64,000 nucleotides of DNA from Abditibacteriaceae bacterium. Its GTDB lineage: Bacteria > Armatimonadota > Abditibacteriia > Abditibacteriales > Abditibacteriaceae. Positions 20,386 through 31,600 of the stretch are shown here, piece after piece. The stretch's first letter is position 1; each line of letters begins with the position of its first letter. Below the pieces are notes generated by a model. That model did not search any database. It had not been told where the DNA came from and saw only the letters and a list, made by a program, of their open reading frames with translations. The position numbers and the translations under genes are program-made. The stretch covers positions 1,408,001 to 1,472,000 of the forward strand of contig OZ255721.1 in assembly GCA_965277285.1 (NCBI GenBank). Direction: 5' to 3'.

Positions 20386-22140
20386 TTAGGGAAGATTTCG
20401 TTTGGTTTTTTGAGGCGCCAGCGCTTCCCGATAAAGGCTTTTGATCGTCGCGTTATTGGGATCGTTCCACCAACCGCGAAAAAGTAAAATGTCGCCGCGC
20501 CGGATTGATTCGATGAGTTGAACGCGATATTTTTGGTAATCGCCATCGTTGGCCAGAAGAACGCTGAAGGCTTGCGGATAGAGTTCGCGCACCACTTGCG
20601 GCGTGCTCGCCACGCTTTGGTCGGCGAAAGAATTGAGCGGCGCGCAAGACGCATAATAGCGCGCGGTTTCGTTTTCAGGCATCATCAAAATGTCGGGGAA
20701 ATCGCGCTTGAGATGCTCAAAAATCGTCGCGGGAAGCGAGCTTTTGTCTTTGTCGTTCACAGTCGAATCGATGTAAAACAAAGTCGCGCCCCAACGCTTC
20801 TTCGAGTACTCGATCTTGCGCCGCAACGTTTGGTAAACATCGCGCGATTCGGTTTGTTGCCACACGCCATTCACTTGTTTCAATTCCTGTGGGCGAATGC
20901 AAACGCCGACTCGAAAACCCGCCTGGCGAAACCTGGCGAAATACTCATCAATCGCTTTTTGATGGTTGCCCAGAACCGAAGTTTCGGGCGCCAGCGTTTC
21001 AATTTGCGTTGGATCGCCGTTATACGCCGTCTGCGACCATTGTTGACCTTCGGAATCCCAGGTGATCATGCCTTGCGCATTCATGCCGCGCAAAACAGCG
21101 ATGCTGTCATCGGCGTATTTCAGCAGGCGGCGACGAAACTCGATTTGACCAGCAGCCGAAACCAAGTCGGCGGTTTTGTCGTTGAACCAGCCACGCGGAT
21201 TTTGAACGCCGCCCTGCCCGACGCTCGATAAAAACAACGTTCCTATCGGGCGACGATCTTTCCACACAACTTGAAACGGCGCGCGCTGGCGATACGAAGT
21301 CAAAACATCGTTGGCCAGAACGGAAAAACCGTCGGACGTGGAACCAAAACGCAACGACACTTGGCCATCGACTTTCGACCGAGGCGATACGGACGCAAAA
21401 CGCACTTGAAGCAGAAACTGCCGATGTTTTCCATAATCGGTTTCATTGGGAACACCAACAGACAGCGGCGCAACGGAGTTTTCGGCGCACAACGCGACCG
21501 CTTGTTGACCATCGTCCATCAAAACGATGGGCGCCGTCGTGTCGCTTGCGGCGAACAGCGGGTATTCCTGCAAAGGATGCAGCGCGCCGCCGGTGCCAAA
21601 CATTCCCGCTTCGAGCGTTTGACCTTTGACTGGCGCGGCGAAAAGCGGCTCCAGAATGTTGATCGTCGGCTCGACAAGCGTATCCGACGTGCGGTTAGAA
21701 ATCGTCAGCGCCAAGCGCAAGCGCGCCACGAAACGCCCGTTTTCGAGTACTCGATTCGCCGTGTAACGGCAGACGATTTCGCCCCACGCATACGACAAAA
21801 TAACGCGCGAATTCTTGGCGTCTAAGTTGGCAGAAAGCGGTTTGTCCGACGCGTTATAAGTCGTGCCATCTTTGCGTTGCAACGTTGCCGTGCGCAAAAC
21901 CAAGCGACCTTGTGTGGCTTGCGGCAAAAAGTTTTCAGTGCCGAAATGCAGCGCTGATAAACCGCTATTGTCCAGTGAAAACGTCAGCGTTTGCGCCGTC
22001 GCACGAGAAGCGGCAGCACGAGAAGCGGCAGCACGAGAAGCGGCAGCACGAGAAGCGGCAGCACGAGAAGCGGCAGCACAAAAAACCGCGACCTTGAATA
22101 TACGAAACAGCCCACAAATTTTCGGACGCGTAATGAACAT
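20386..22140 (-). CDS. secreted hypothetical protein, possibly glycoside hydrolase-like
   Basis: Long ORF; GGAG RBS before ATG 22140; signal region carries AAASR x5. Confidence 0.7.
   Translation of the reverse strand: MFITRPKICGLFRIFKVAVFCAAASRAAASRAAASRAAASRAAASRATAQTLTFSLDNSGLSALHFGTENFLPQATQGRLVLRTATLQRKDGTTYNASDKPLSANLDAKNSRVILSYAWGEIVCRYTANRVLENGRFVARLRLALTISNRTSDTLVEPTINILEPLFAAPVKGQTLEAGMFGTGGALHPLQEYPLFAASDTTAPIVLMDDGQQAVALCAENSVAPLSVGVPNETDYGKHRQFLLQVRFASVSPRSKVDGQVSLRFGSTSDGFSVLANDVLTSYRQRAPFQVVWKDRRPIGTLFLSSVGQGGVQNPRGWFNDKTADLVSAAGQIEFRRRLLKYADDSIAVLRGMNAQGMITWDSEGQQWSQTAYNGDPTQIETLAPETSVLGNHQKAIDEYFARFRQAGFRVGVCIRPQELKQVNGVWQQTESRDVYQTLRRKIEYSKKRWGATLFYIDSTVNDKDKSSLPATIFEHLKRDFPDILMMPENETARYYASCAPLNSFADQSVASTPQVVRELYPQAFSVLLANDGDYQKYRVQLIESIRRGDILLFRGWWNDPNNATIKSLYREALAPQKTKRNLP
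22001..22079. repeat. 15-bp tandem repeat, 5 perfect copies
   Basis: GCACGAGAAGCGGCA at 22001, 22016, 22031, 22046, 22061. Confidence 0.97.
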
Positions 22141-22197
22141 TCGTTTTCTCCTTTTGTAACCTTGGATATTGGGTTGGGACTGCGTTCTCTGGTAACG

Positions 22198-22278
22198 AAC
22201 CCGGAGCGTGCGCGACGGGTGAAAAATAAGAGCCAAATCAAACTACGAGTTTTCACCCGTCGCTCACGCTCCGGGTAC
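22198..22278. repeat. intergenic inverted repeat (REP-like)
   Basis: ACCCGGAGCGTG.GCGACGGGTGAAAA / TTTTCACCCGTCGC.CACGCTCCGGGT. Confidence 0.75.
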
Positions 22279-22310
22279 GTTGAGGCGACTCACATCATCA
22301 AATCACCACA

Positions 22311-23339
22311 TCATTGGCCATCAGAGTTCGTCTTGTTTTGGTTCAGCCACAGACTTCGATAGGTTCGCCATTCGTCCTCGTTCGTCGTGTCATTGGAGAA
22401 AATCGCCACACCCGCAAAAACCGATTGATTTGCGTCGTTATTTGCCAAACCTTCGCGCACGCCTTTGAGCGCCATGCGCAGGTTTTCCGCGTGCAAATGA
22501 TGCGAAATGCCGCCGTCTTTGTAAGTCGGGACGCCAATGAGTACTCGACATCGCGCGTTTCCCTTCGCCACGGCACGCGTGACGCGAACCGCTTGTTGAC
22601 GCATCAGCCAAACGTAATGGCGCGGAAAGAACAAACCCGAATCGTAACCCATCACGACGATTTGATCGCAACATGCTGCGACTTGCGAGAAATAACTTTC
22701 GCTCCAGCCCCATGCGCCAAAGCCGGACGGCAACCACATCGGCGTCGCAACGGAAAGCAATTTGTCTTTGGGCAATGCGTTTCGCACTTCGCGCAGCAGT
22801 TGCAAAAACGGCGCATCGCCGTCCTCGCACATTTCGTAGTCGATTTGAACGCCAGCGAAGCCGCACGTTTGCGTCAACCAACGTGATTCTTGCACGATGT
22901 TGGCGCGCACTTTGGCGTCCGTGATGTCAACGCCAGTCAAGCCGCGTTGGTTGCCAAGATAAATCCACGCGATGGATTTGGTTTGTGGCGCCGTGCGTTC
23001 GAGTACTCGATTCAACTGCTGCGCGGCTTGAGGGTAATGAAAGTGCAAGCGCCCGTCTTTTTGAATAAAGCGAACATGAAAATACGCGTAAGGCATTTGG
23101 TTCGCCTCGAGTTGCTGCGCCAAGACAGTTTCTTGCGCCACAGAATGCTGTCCGAAACTCCACGAATAATGCAGCCACGCGCCGTTTTCGCCCTTGTTGA
23201 AACTGCGTCCTCCAACGCCCAGCAGCGGGTAAAAACAATAATCGCCAAGCAAGGAAAGGACGATAATCAACAACGTGGACAACAAGATTTTGCGCCGCTT
23301 CTGTACAGGCTTTTTCGTGGTAAGTTGGGGCATTACCAA
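22311..23339 (-). CDS. GH18-like TIM-barrel protein, membrane anchored
   Basis: FAGVQIDYE, IVVMGYDS, VLIGVPTY; N-terminal TM; start may be 23333. Confidence 0.7.
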   Translation of the reverse strand: MVMPQLTTKKPVQKRRKILLSTLLIIVLSLLGDYCFYPLLGVGGRSFNKGENGAWLHYSWSFGQHSVAQETVLAQQLEANQMPYAYFHVRFIQKDGRLHFHYPQAAQQLNRVLERTAPQTKSIAWIYLGNQRGLTGVDITDAKVRANIVQESRWLTQTCGFAGVQIDYEMCEDGDAPFLQLLREVRNALPKDKLLSVATPMWLPSGFGAWGWSESYFSQVAACCDQIVVMGYDSGLFFPRHYVWLMRQQAVRVTRAVAKGNARCRVLIGVPTYKDGGISHHLHAENLRMALKGVREGLANNDANQSVFAGVAIFSNDTTNEDEWRTYRSLWLNQNKTNSDGQ

Positions 23340-23608
23340 AGCATAACCGGGTAATGGTTCAATAATGCGAACATTTCAAGTTGCAGCGTTCAATAAAGTT
23401 GTAGCGATCAATAAATAAGCGCGGTACATTCGTGATAAGCGCGCGGAATCTGCTCTTTGGTCGTCGTGTCATGCTTGTTGGTAACGGACTGCTCGCGCAA
23501 GTTGCACTTGCACCGACAGCACAAGGAGCGTTCGTCAAACTGTCTTTATGAACCTTGTCGCTCGTGCATTCATGGCAGACCATGCGACTTAAGTGACAAG
23601 ATGCTCAC

Positions 23609-24640
23609 TCATGAAGTCACTGATGAAGTTTTGATTTCGATGCGCTTGCGTTTTTGACTGCTTTCGATCGCCGCAAGAACCATCGCCAGCGAATGAATGT
23701 TGTCGTGGCATTCGGTTTGAGGCAGCGTGCCTTTGCGCAAAAACAGCAACATTTCACGCAAAGCGCCGTGCATTCCGCTGTAGATTTTGCGCGGCGCGGG
23801 AACTTTCACGTCCTTCAAAGGCTGATTAAAATCGCTCGTTGCTTTGACGACAACTTGGCCGTGCGGCAACTGATCTTTTTCCATCAGAACGGTTCCGCGT
23901 TCGCCGACGAAGCGCCAATCGCCGTTCCAGGAAGTATGATAACCTTCGCTGCACCAACTGCCGCGATAAGTGAAAACCGCGCCGTTGCTCATCTCGAAAA
24001 TGCAACTTGTGGCGACATCGCCTTTATACCACGAACCTTTGGGATTGAACTCGTGCGCATAAACCGCAACTGCATCGGCGCCCGCGAAATAGCGCGCCAG
24101 ATCGAAATGATGAATCGCCATGTCCAAAATCAAAGGGTTCGCCATTTCATCGCGGAAGCCGCCAAAGTGCGCGCCCAGATAAAAATCGCAGTTCAGCGTG
24201 GTGATGTCGCCAATTTGTCCGCTTTCGAGTACTCGACGCGTCGTGTCGTGAACCGCGTCCCAGCGCCGCGATTGCGAAACCATCAGCATTTTGCCGCTGT
24301 CTTCGGAAAGTTTCACTAATCTGCGCGCTTCGGCCAGCGTCGCGGTGAGCGGTTTTTCTACGATGACATGCACGCCCGCCTTCAAAGCCTGCGCTGAAAC
24401 TTCGTAATGCGCTTCAGGAATCGTCAGGTTAAGCACGAAATCGGGCTGCGTTTCTTTCAATGTTCGCGTCAAATCATCGGACGCGGGGCAAGACAATTCC
24501 CATTTTGCGACGGCCTTTTGCGCGCTTTGCACAAACTTATCGACGACGCCAACGATCTGCACTTTTTCTTCTTTCAGTGGCGGGAACCACGCATTGGAAA
24601 TGCCGCCCGCGCCGACGACAACACATCGTTCTTTCGCCAT
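23609..24640 (-). CDS. Gfo/Idh/MocA family oxidoreductase
   Basis: VVGAGGIS, HVIVEKP, DMAIHHFD. Confidence 0.93.
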   Translation of the reverse strand: MAKERCVVVGAGGISNAWFPPLKEEKVQIVGVVDKFVQSAQKAVAKWELSCPASDDLTRTLKETQPDFVLNLTIPEAHYEVSAQALKAGVHVIVEKPLTATLAEARRLVKLSEDSGKMLMVSQSRRWDAVHDTTRRVLESGQIGDITTLNCDFYLGAHFGGFRDEMANPLILDMAIHHFDLARYFAGADAVAVYAHEFNPKGSWYKGDVATSCIFEMSNGAVFTYRGSWCSEGYHTSWNGDWRFVGERGTVLMEKDQLPHGQVVVKATSDFNQPLKDVKVPAPRKIYSGMHGALREMLLFLRKGTLPQTECHDNIHSLAMVLAAIESSQKRKRIEIKTSSVTS

Positions 24641-24720
24641 GATTTGATTCCTTCGAGGCTTCCACGACCAAACAAAAAAGCGTCCGCGCACTCACATCGA
24701 GTACTCGAACGCTTTTCAAT

Positions 24721-24797
24721 TGGTCGGGGTGGCCAGATTTGAACTGACGACCTTCTCGTCCCGAACGAGACGCGCTACCAAGCTGCGCTACACCCCG
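24721..24797 (-). tRNA. tRNA-Pro(CGG)
   Basis: CGGGGTGTAGCGCAGCTTGGTAGCGCG-TCTCG-TTCGGGA-CGAGA-AGGTC-GTCAG-TTCAAAT-CTGGC-CACCCCG-ACCA. Confidence 0.97.
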
Positions 24798-25187
24798 TCG
24801 ACTTCCTCATAGTGCTCGATCAAGTGGCAGTTCGCGCACAAAACCTCGCACTTACTAATTTCCTGCTGTAACTGCTGCACCGACCAACCGCGCCTTGACA
24901 TATCGGAAACGTTCATCCTTTTCTGCACGGGATCAGAATGATGAAAGGTGAGCACGCGAGGATCGCTAATACCGCAACTCCGGCATTCCAAACCTTTTTT
25001 GTACTCGTTAAACCACGCAATAATGGTTTCTTGACGCCGCCGCCGGCTGTCGTTTTTGCAAGAGCGGCAACGTTTACGGCGATAAAGTTTACCATTGGCA
25101 AACTTCATCACTTCAAAGTCGCTTTCGAGACGCAGTTCGCCACAATAACCACAAATTTGTTCTTGATGCAAGCTGCGCTACACCCCG
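24779..25187 (-). mobile_element. minimal HNH element flanked by 19-bp direct repeats of the tRNA-Pro 5' end
   Basis: CAAGCTGCGCTACACCCCG at 24779-24797 and 25169-25187. Confidence 0.75.
24788..25171 (-). CDS. HNH endonuclease with Zn-finger N-terminus
   Basis: Three CxxC pairs, FHHSDP..K, EISKCEVLCANCHLIEH; TTG start uncertain. Confidence 0.82.
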   Translation of the reverse strand: MHQEQICGYCGELRLESDFEVMKFANGKLYRRKRCRSCKNDSRRRRQETIIAWFNEYKKGLECRSCGISDPRVLTFHHSDPVQKRMNVSDMSRRGWSVQQLQQEISKCEVLCANCHLIEHYEEVDGV

Positions 25188-25205
25188 CAAAATCGGACTT
25201 AACGA

Positions 25206-25234
25206 ATTATACCGCGACAGCCAACGCGCGACAA
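25206..25234 (-). promoter_or_regulatory. sigma70-type promoter of the tRNA-Pro locus
   Basis: TTGTCG-17 nt-TATAAT, 18 nt upstream of the duplicated tRNA 5' fragment. Confidence 0.75.
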
Positions 25235-25312
25235 GTTTCCAAAACACAAACGGAAACCGCGAAATGCAGCGCCCTTGTTATAATCAATTTACGCTTTTCG
25301 AGTACTCGATTT

Positions 25313-26596
25313 ATGACACAGCAACTTCTTTCTTCACCTCTTTCCGACACGCAAGTCATCGAAGATTTTTCCACATATTGCAGCGCGCCGCTGGCTAATT
25401 TGCTCAAGTTCATCGGTTTCGATTCGACTGAAGCCTTTGCCCGCGATTGCCTGATTACTGATTCCAACGGCGTCGAATACCTCGATTGTCTGGGCGGCTA
25501 CGGCACAATGAGCGTTGGGCATTCGCACCCGCACGTCGTCAGTCGCGTCAAGGAACAATTGGAAAAAAACGCGATGTGGTCGCGCGTTTTTTTCAATGCG
25601 CCGCAAGCCGCGCTCGCCAAACGCTTGGCCGAACTTTCGCCTGGCGAATTGCAGCATTCGTTCTTTTGCAACAGCGGCACTGAAGCGACCGAAGCCGGAA
25701 TTAAAATCGCGCGCATGGCGACCGGACGCACCAAATTGGTCTCGACAATCGGTGCGTTTCATGGCAAAACGATGGGCGCGCTTTCGGTTTCGGGACGCGA
25801 AAAATATCAGAAACCGTTCGCGCCATTGATCCCCGATTGCGTTCACGTCCCGTTCAACGACATTCGAGTACTCGAAGAAAGCATCGACGACGAAACCGCC
25901 GCGTTTTTGGTCGAACCGGTTCAAGGCGAAGGCGGCATCATCGTTCCGAGCGACGATTATTTGCGCGCCGCGCGCGAAATCTGCGACCGTCACGGCGCAT
26001 TGCTGGCCTTCGATGAAGTGCAAACCGGATTGGGACGAACCGGCAAAATGTGGGGCTGCGATTGGGCTGGTGTCGCGCCCGACTTGATGTTTTTGGCCAA
26101 AGCTCTCAGCGGCGGTTGCGTGCCGATTGGCGCCGTCGTGGCGCACCCGAAAACGTGGCACATCTGGAACGAAAACCCGTTCATTCATTCTTCGACTTTC
26201 GGCGGCAATCCTTTGGCGTGCGTCGCGGGATTAGCGACATTGGAAGTCATCGAAAACGAAAATCTGGTCGAGCGCAGCGCTGTTCAAGGCGAAAAACTGA
26301 TGGCGCGTTTGCGCGAAACGCAAGCCGCTTTTCCGCACTGCGTCAAAGAAATTCGCGGGCGCGGTCTGATGATTGGTTTCGAGTTCACGCACGAAGACAT
26401 CGGCGGCCTGGCGATTGCGGGATTGGCGCAGCGCCAGGTTTTGGCCGCTTATTCATTGAACAATCCAAAAGTGATGCGCTTCGAGCCGCCTTTGACGATT
26501 TCCGATGAGCAAATCGAATGGGCGGCCAGCGCCTTTCACCAGTCCGTTGAACAAACTTCGGAATTGATCGAAGGCATGGAAATCGAAGAAGATTAA
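25313..26596 (+). CDS. class III aminotransferase (putrescine/acetylornithine aminotransferase-like)
   Basis: YLDCLGGYG, NSGTEATE, FHGKT, EPVQGEGG, FDEVQTGLGRTG, AKALSGG. Confidence 0.93.
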   Translation: MTQQLLSSPLSDTQVIEDFSTYCSAPLANLLKFIGFDSTEAFARDCLITDSNGVEYLDCLGGYGTMSVGHSHPHVVSRVKEQLEKNAMWSRVFFNAPQAALAKRLAELSPGELQHSFFCNSGTEATEAGIKIARMATGRTKLVSTIGAFHGKTMGALSVSGREKYQKPFAPLIPDCVHVPFNDIRVLEESIDDETAAFLVEPVQGEGGIIVPSDDYLRAAREICDRHGALLAFDEVQTGLGRTGKMWGCDWAGVAPDLMFLAKALSGGCVPIGAVVAHPKTWHIWNENPFIHSSTFGGNPLACVAGLATLEVIENENLVERSAVQGEKLMARLRETQAAFPHCVKEIRGRGLMIGFEFTHEDIGGLAIAGLAQRQVLAAYSLNNPKVMRFEPPLTISDEQIEWAASAFHQSVEQTSELIEGMEIEED

Positions 26597-26651
26597 TTCA
26601 CCGCAGAGGACGCTGAGGGCGCAGAGGAAGAATCGAGTACTCGAAAGTAAG

Positions 26652-26723
26652 AGTTTGTCATTCTGAGCGCAGCGAAGAATCTAACTGTAATGAGATTCTT
26701 CGCTGCGCTCAGAATGACAAACT
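26652..26723. repeat. GTCATTCTGAGCG-N-AGCGAAGAATC inverted repeat pair (REP-like)
   Basis: Perfect ~31-bp arms; same family at 54837-54926, degenerate copy near 57312-57368. Confidence 0.85.
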
Positions 26724-26774
26724 TTTACGACATTCTAAAATCTCTTTTCTCTCTGCGCCTCAAATAAGGAAAAT

Positions 26775-27245
26775 ATGCCGCAAGTTCAAAGTAAAATCAC
26801 CATTAAGGCGCCGTTGGAAACTGTCTGGTCAATTGCGCAAGACGTCGAAAAGTTGCCCGCGATTTTGCCCGATTTAGACTCGCTTCGAGTACTCGAACGC
26901 GAAAAATTAGCCGATGGCACGACGCGCGTTGTGTCCGAATGGCATGGGCGCATCAAGCAATTCAATCGCAAAATTGTGTGGACGGAAGAAGATTTTTGGG
27001 ACGATGTGAACCACCTTTGTACCTTCAAGCAAACCAAAGGCGATTTCGATACTTATGAAGGCGTCTGGAAATTTGAAGAGGCTTCAGAAACCACAACGCG
27101 CGTCTTTCTCGATGTGACCTACGTTTTCGACGTGCCGTTATTGGGCGCGCTCTTGCAAAAAGTCGTGAAGAATATCATGCAGGGCAACGCCGACGACACC
27201 TTGAAGTTTTTGGGAATCGAAGCCGAAAAACAAGCGAAGATGTAA
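26775..27245 (+). CDS. SRPBCC (START/polyketide cyclase) family protein
   Basis: ITIKAPLETVWSIAQDVEKLP..LP, GDF..YEGVWKF. Confidence 0.88.
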   Translation: MPQVQSKITIKAPLETVWSIAQDVEKLPAILPDLDSLRVLEREKLADGTTRVVSEWHGRIKQFNRKIVWTEEDFWDDVNHLCTFKQTKGDFDTYEGVWKFEEASETTTRVFLDVTYVFDVPLLGALLQKVVKNIMQGNADDTLKFLGIEAEKQAKM

Positions 27246-27284
27246 ATTGCGGTTGCGCGAAAAGCGTTCGCAAAAGGAGCAGCC

Positions 27285-28142
27285 ATGATTGAGAAAATGC
27301 CGTTTGGTCGCACCGGTCATAACAGTTCGCGCGTCATTTTTGGCGCGGCGGCATTGGGGAATGTCACGCAAGCCGAAGCTGATCAAACGCTGGAATTGCT
27401 GCATCAATACGGAATCAACCACATCGACACCGCCGCCAGCTACGGCGATTCGGAACTGCGCATCGGGCCTTGGATGGAACACAGCCGCGACAAGTTCTTT
27501 CTGGCGACAAAAACTGGCGAGCGCACTTACCAGAAAGCCAAAGACCAGATTCATCGCTCACTCGAACGCTTGCGCGTGCCTCAAGTCGATTTGATTCAAC
27601 TGCATTGCCTGGTCGAACAGGAAGAATGGGACACCGCGATGGGAAGCGGCGGCGCGCTCGAAGCCGCCATCGAAGCGCGCGAAGCTGGATTGACGCGCTT
27701 TATTGGCATTACAGGTCACGGCTTGCCAGTCGCGCGCCAGCATCTGCGCGCCCTGGAACGTTTCGACTTCGATGCGGTGCTTTTGCCGTGGAGTTATGTG
27801 CTGATGCAGAACGCCGATTACACCGCCGATTTCAACGCTTTGCGCGCCGTCTGTCAGGAACGCCAGATCGCCATGCAAACCATCAAGTCGATTTCGCGGC
27901 GCCCGTGGGGCGACATGACGCAAAATCGCACGACGTGGTATCAACCGATTGAAGAACAGGACGCGATGTATAAAGCCGCCGCCTGGGTTCTGGGACACGA
28001 TAATTTGTTCCTCAACAGCGTCGGCGACATCCACGTTTTGCCGCAACTGCTCGAAGTCGCCAATCGTTTCAACGGCGCGCCAACCAATGAGGAAATGCAG
28101 CAGGCGATGAACGAGCAAGCAGTAGAACCTTTGTTCGTATAA
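27285..28142 (+). CDS. aldo/keto reductase
   Basis: [32 protein letters not shown]. Confidence 0.92.
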   Translation: MIEKMPFGRTGHNSSRVIFGAAALGNVTQAEADQTLELLHQYGINHIDTAASYGDSELRIGPWMEHSRDKFFLATKTGERTYQKAKDQIHRSLERLRVPQVDLIQLHCLVEQEEWDTAMGSGGALEAAIEAREAGLTRFIGITGHGLPVARQHLRALERFDFDAVLLPWSYVLMQNADYTADFNALRAVCQERQIAMQTIKSISRRPWGDMTQNRTTWYQPIEEQDAMYKAAAWVLGHDNLFLNSVGDIHVLPQLLEVANRFNGAPTNEEMQQAMNEQAVEPLFV

Positions 28143-28694
28143 GGTTTTTTGCCGAAGACCGTTTAGAAACTTTGTAGCCAGCGCAATCGAGTACTCGATT
28201 GCGCTGCTGTTATATGTATTCTGGGTAATGCCCCAATTGAGTAAATAAACGGAAATTCCGAGCGTATCGACGGATGGATACAGTGGATGAATGAAACCCT
28301 GACGCTTCACTCCTCTTCACTCGTGGCTGACGCTCAGGGTTCTTTTCAGGATAGTTCGATCAATCTCATCATCTGAGTTACTGCCGTATTTCGAAGGTTC
28401 CCTTGTCGAGCACTCTCTTGTAAAGTATGTGACAAATATCGTGCAATTAACGCTGGATTACACGATAGTTTTGAGCATCGCAGCAGAAACGTGTGTGATT
28501 TGAGGAGTAAAATGCAACCTTTGCATGGAAGCGATAAAAGCGATGGCGAAAGTGATTTGTCGCCGCACTTCGCTGTCAAGGTGTCTGCGCCGTCCTCACC
28601 ATGAGTGGCGAAAACGCATTTGAAGTGCAATCAAGATAGCGTGCGCAGCGAGAAAGTTAATGGCCAGCAGCTTCACGACGGGCGGAGAAATGGC

Positions 28695-31600
28695 ATGGAA
28701 AAACGATATGTTCTGACGTTTGCTCTGGTGATTCTTTGTAGTGGATCACAAATCCGCAGCGCGCCGCAAAAACCGGTCGCGCTACCTGTCTCAGAGTCCG
28801 CCAAAAACACCAAAGAAAGCGAAGTCCGCGAAACTCGTCTGATGGATGAAGGTATGGCGGCCTTCAAAGCAAGCAATTGGATCCAAGCAGTCACGATTTT
28901 TCGCCAACTCGTCGTGTCCGATCCGACGAGCATCGAATATGTGCAGGCGCTCGCGCTCACTTATCAAAACGCCGCTCGCTTCAGCGAAGGTTCGCAACTT
29001 CTCAAAAACAAACTGCCGCTTTTTCCCAACTCTGACGATCAGAAAACCTTAAAAATCGCGTTGGCAGAAAACGAGTTCTGGTGGGCCAAAAGCTTGGGCG
29101 ACGCGTTCGAGTACTCGAAATCCATTCCACATTATCAAGCCGCCTTTGCCATCGACCAAACCTTGCGCCGCGAAAACGCCGCCCGCGAACTGAACAATCT
29201 GGGCGCGATGTACAGCGCACTCGGACAAACCCAGCAAAGCATCCAACTTTATCGCCGCGCCCTGATCATGCGGCGTGAAGTGAAAGACCGCAACGGCGAA
29301 GGCATCACGCTCAACGGGCTGGGAATTGATTACGACACGTTGGGACAAACTGACCAGGCGCTCGATTGTTATCGGCAATCGCTCCAGATCGCGCGCGACC
29401 TCAAAGACACCGAAGGTCAAAGTCATACGCTGACCGACATCGGCCTCATCTTGAGCAACACGGGTCAAAACGAGCAAGCTGCTAAGTCACTGCAGGAAGC
29501 TTTGAAGATCGCGCGCGACAGCAAAAATCTGGAGCGAGAAGGAGACGCGCTCAATGCGCTGGGCGGCGTTTCCCTGAGTCAAAGTCGCGTGGGCGAAGCC
29601 ATCGGTTTTTATAACGATGCTCTAAAAGTGCGGCTGGCCGCAAAAGACAAACCAGGCGAAGGCGACACGCTGCACAATCTGGGCGCCGCTTACCGCGAAA
29701 AAAACAACTACGACCAGGCGCGCTTTTATTATCAAAAATCGCTGGCGATTTCGATTGCCACCAATGATCGGCGCGGTCAGGCGACGACATTAAACGATTT
29801 GGGCGGCGTTTTCAACGAGCTAAACCAACCCGCGCTGGCCATTCCACTTTTTGAACGGGCGCGCGTCATTTTTCACGAATTCGGTGCGCGGCGCGATGAA
29901 ATCACAACGCTCAACAACATCGGCGAAGCCTACGATGCGTTGGGACAATCCGACAAGGCGCTCAGTTATTACACGCGCGCTTTGCCACTCGCGCGCCTGA
30001 CGCAAGATCGCGTCCTCGAAGCCTATATTCTCAATAATGCCGGTTCCGCCATGTCAAATCTGGGGCTATTCGACGATACGGTTCAGGTTTTGACGCGCGC
30101 TCTCGTGGCGGAACGCGAAATCGGCGCGCGCAAAGCCGAAGGCAACACGCTCGCCAATTTAGCACATACCTACAGCGCGCACGGCGATTTCGACAAAGCC
30201 AGCCAATTGAACGGGCAAGCTCTGGTCATTTTGCGCGAAGTCGGCGACCGCGCGGGCGAAGCGCGCACTTTGAATAACTTGATGACGCTCGGGCAGAAAC
30301 AAAAGAAGCCCTCGCTCGCCATTTTCTACGGCAAACAAAGCGTCAATCTTTATCAGTCGATTCGCGCCGATATGCGCAGCTTCGACAAAGCGTCGCAAAA
30401 AAGTTTTCTCGATGTCAATGGCGAAACCTATCGCAATTTAGCGGACATTTTGATCGCTCAAGGCCGCCTGCCCGAAGCCGAACAAGTTCTTCAACTGCTG
30501 AAACAGGACGAGTTTTTCAACTTCGTGCGCCGCGATGCAAAACGCGCCACAATTAGCGAACCGACCGCCTTAACGCCTGAAGAAGCCGATTGGGTCAAGC
30601 GTTATAACGAAATCGCCGACCGCGCCACGCAAATTGGCGCGCGCCTGGACGAACTCGCCAAAAAACATAAAAGCGGTCGCACAACAACAGAAGAAACCGA
30701 ATATCAGAACTTGTTGAAAGATCAGGAAGCGATTAACGGGCGCTTCGTGGTTTTTCTGCGCGAACTGGACGCGTCTTTAAGTGCGACACGCGCGGACAAA
30801 GTGCAGGAAATCCGCGATAGCCAAAGCTGGCAAGCCGAACTTGCGCGTTTGCAGCAAAAGGAAAATATCAACGCGGCGGTGATTTACACGCTCGTCGCAG
30901 CCGATAAATATCGCGTCATTTTGCTGACGGCGAACACGCGCCAGCAATTCGAGTACTCGATTTCGCAAGACGAACTCAATCAGCGCGTTGAAACACTCAG
31001 GCGTGGCTTGAGCAATCCCGCGCTCGATCCGGTTCCCGCCGCGCAATCGTTGTATAAAGCGATGTTCTGTGATGGCCAACTGGAAACGGCACTTCAAGGC
31101 GCGAAGATTCAAACCGCCTTGTGGTTTCTCGATGGCGCGCTGCGTTACGTTCCGATTGCTGCTTTGCACGATGGCACGCATTATCTGGTGCAAAACGACC
31201 GCGAAAATGTGGTGATTACGCTGGCCAGCGAAAAGCGCGGTTTCGACAAGCCGGACGCGGGCGGACAGATGCTGGGATTGGGCGTTTCGCAGCCGCACCA
31301 AGTGGAAATCAAAAACGATGCGGGCGAAATGCAAAAGCTGGATTTTGAAGGCTTGAGCGCCGTTCCCGACGAATTGCGCGGCATCATTGCAGACAAAGCG
31401 CAAGGCGGAATTGGGCCCATTCCCGGCCAGATTTTGCTCGATCCCGCCTTCACCGCGCAATCGCTGCAAGAAGCCTTGGGCGAAGGTTACAAAACCGTTC
31501 ACATCGCCAGTCATTTCAACTTGCAGGCGGGCGACGAAAACGCGTCGTTTTTGCTTTTGGGCAATGGTCAACCTTTGGCGCTTTCGCAATGGCAAACGCA

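Noticed and set aside
23359..23583. 74-aa ORF starting MVCHEC
   Set aside because: No recognisable family or clear RBS; may be a decayed fragment
24938..25312. N-terminal extension of the aminotransferase
   Set aside because: It is antisense to the HNH gene and tRNA promoter; the family-typical start is near 25313
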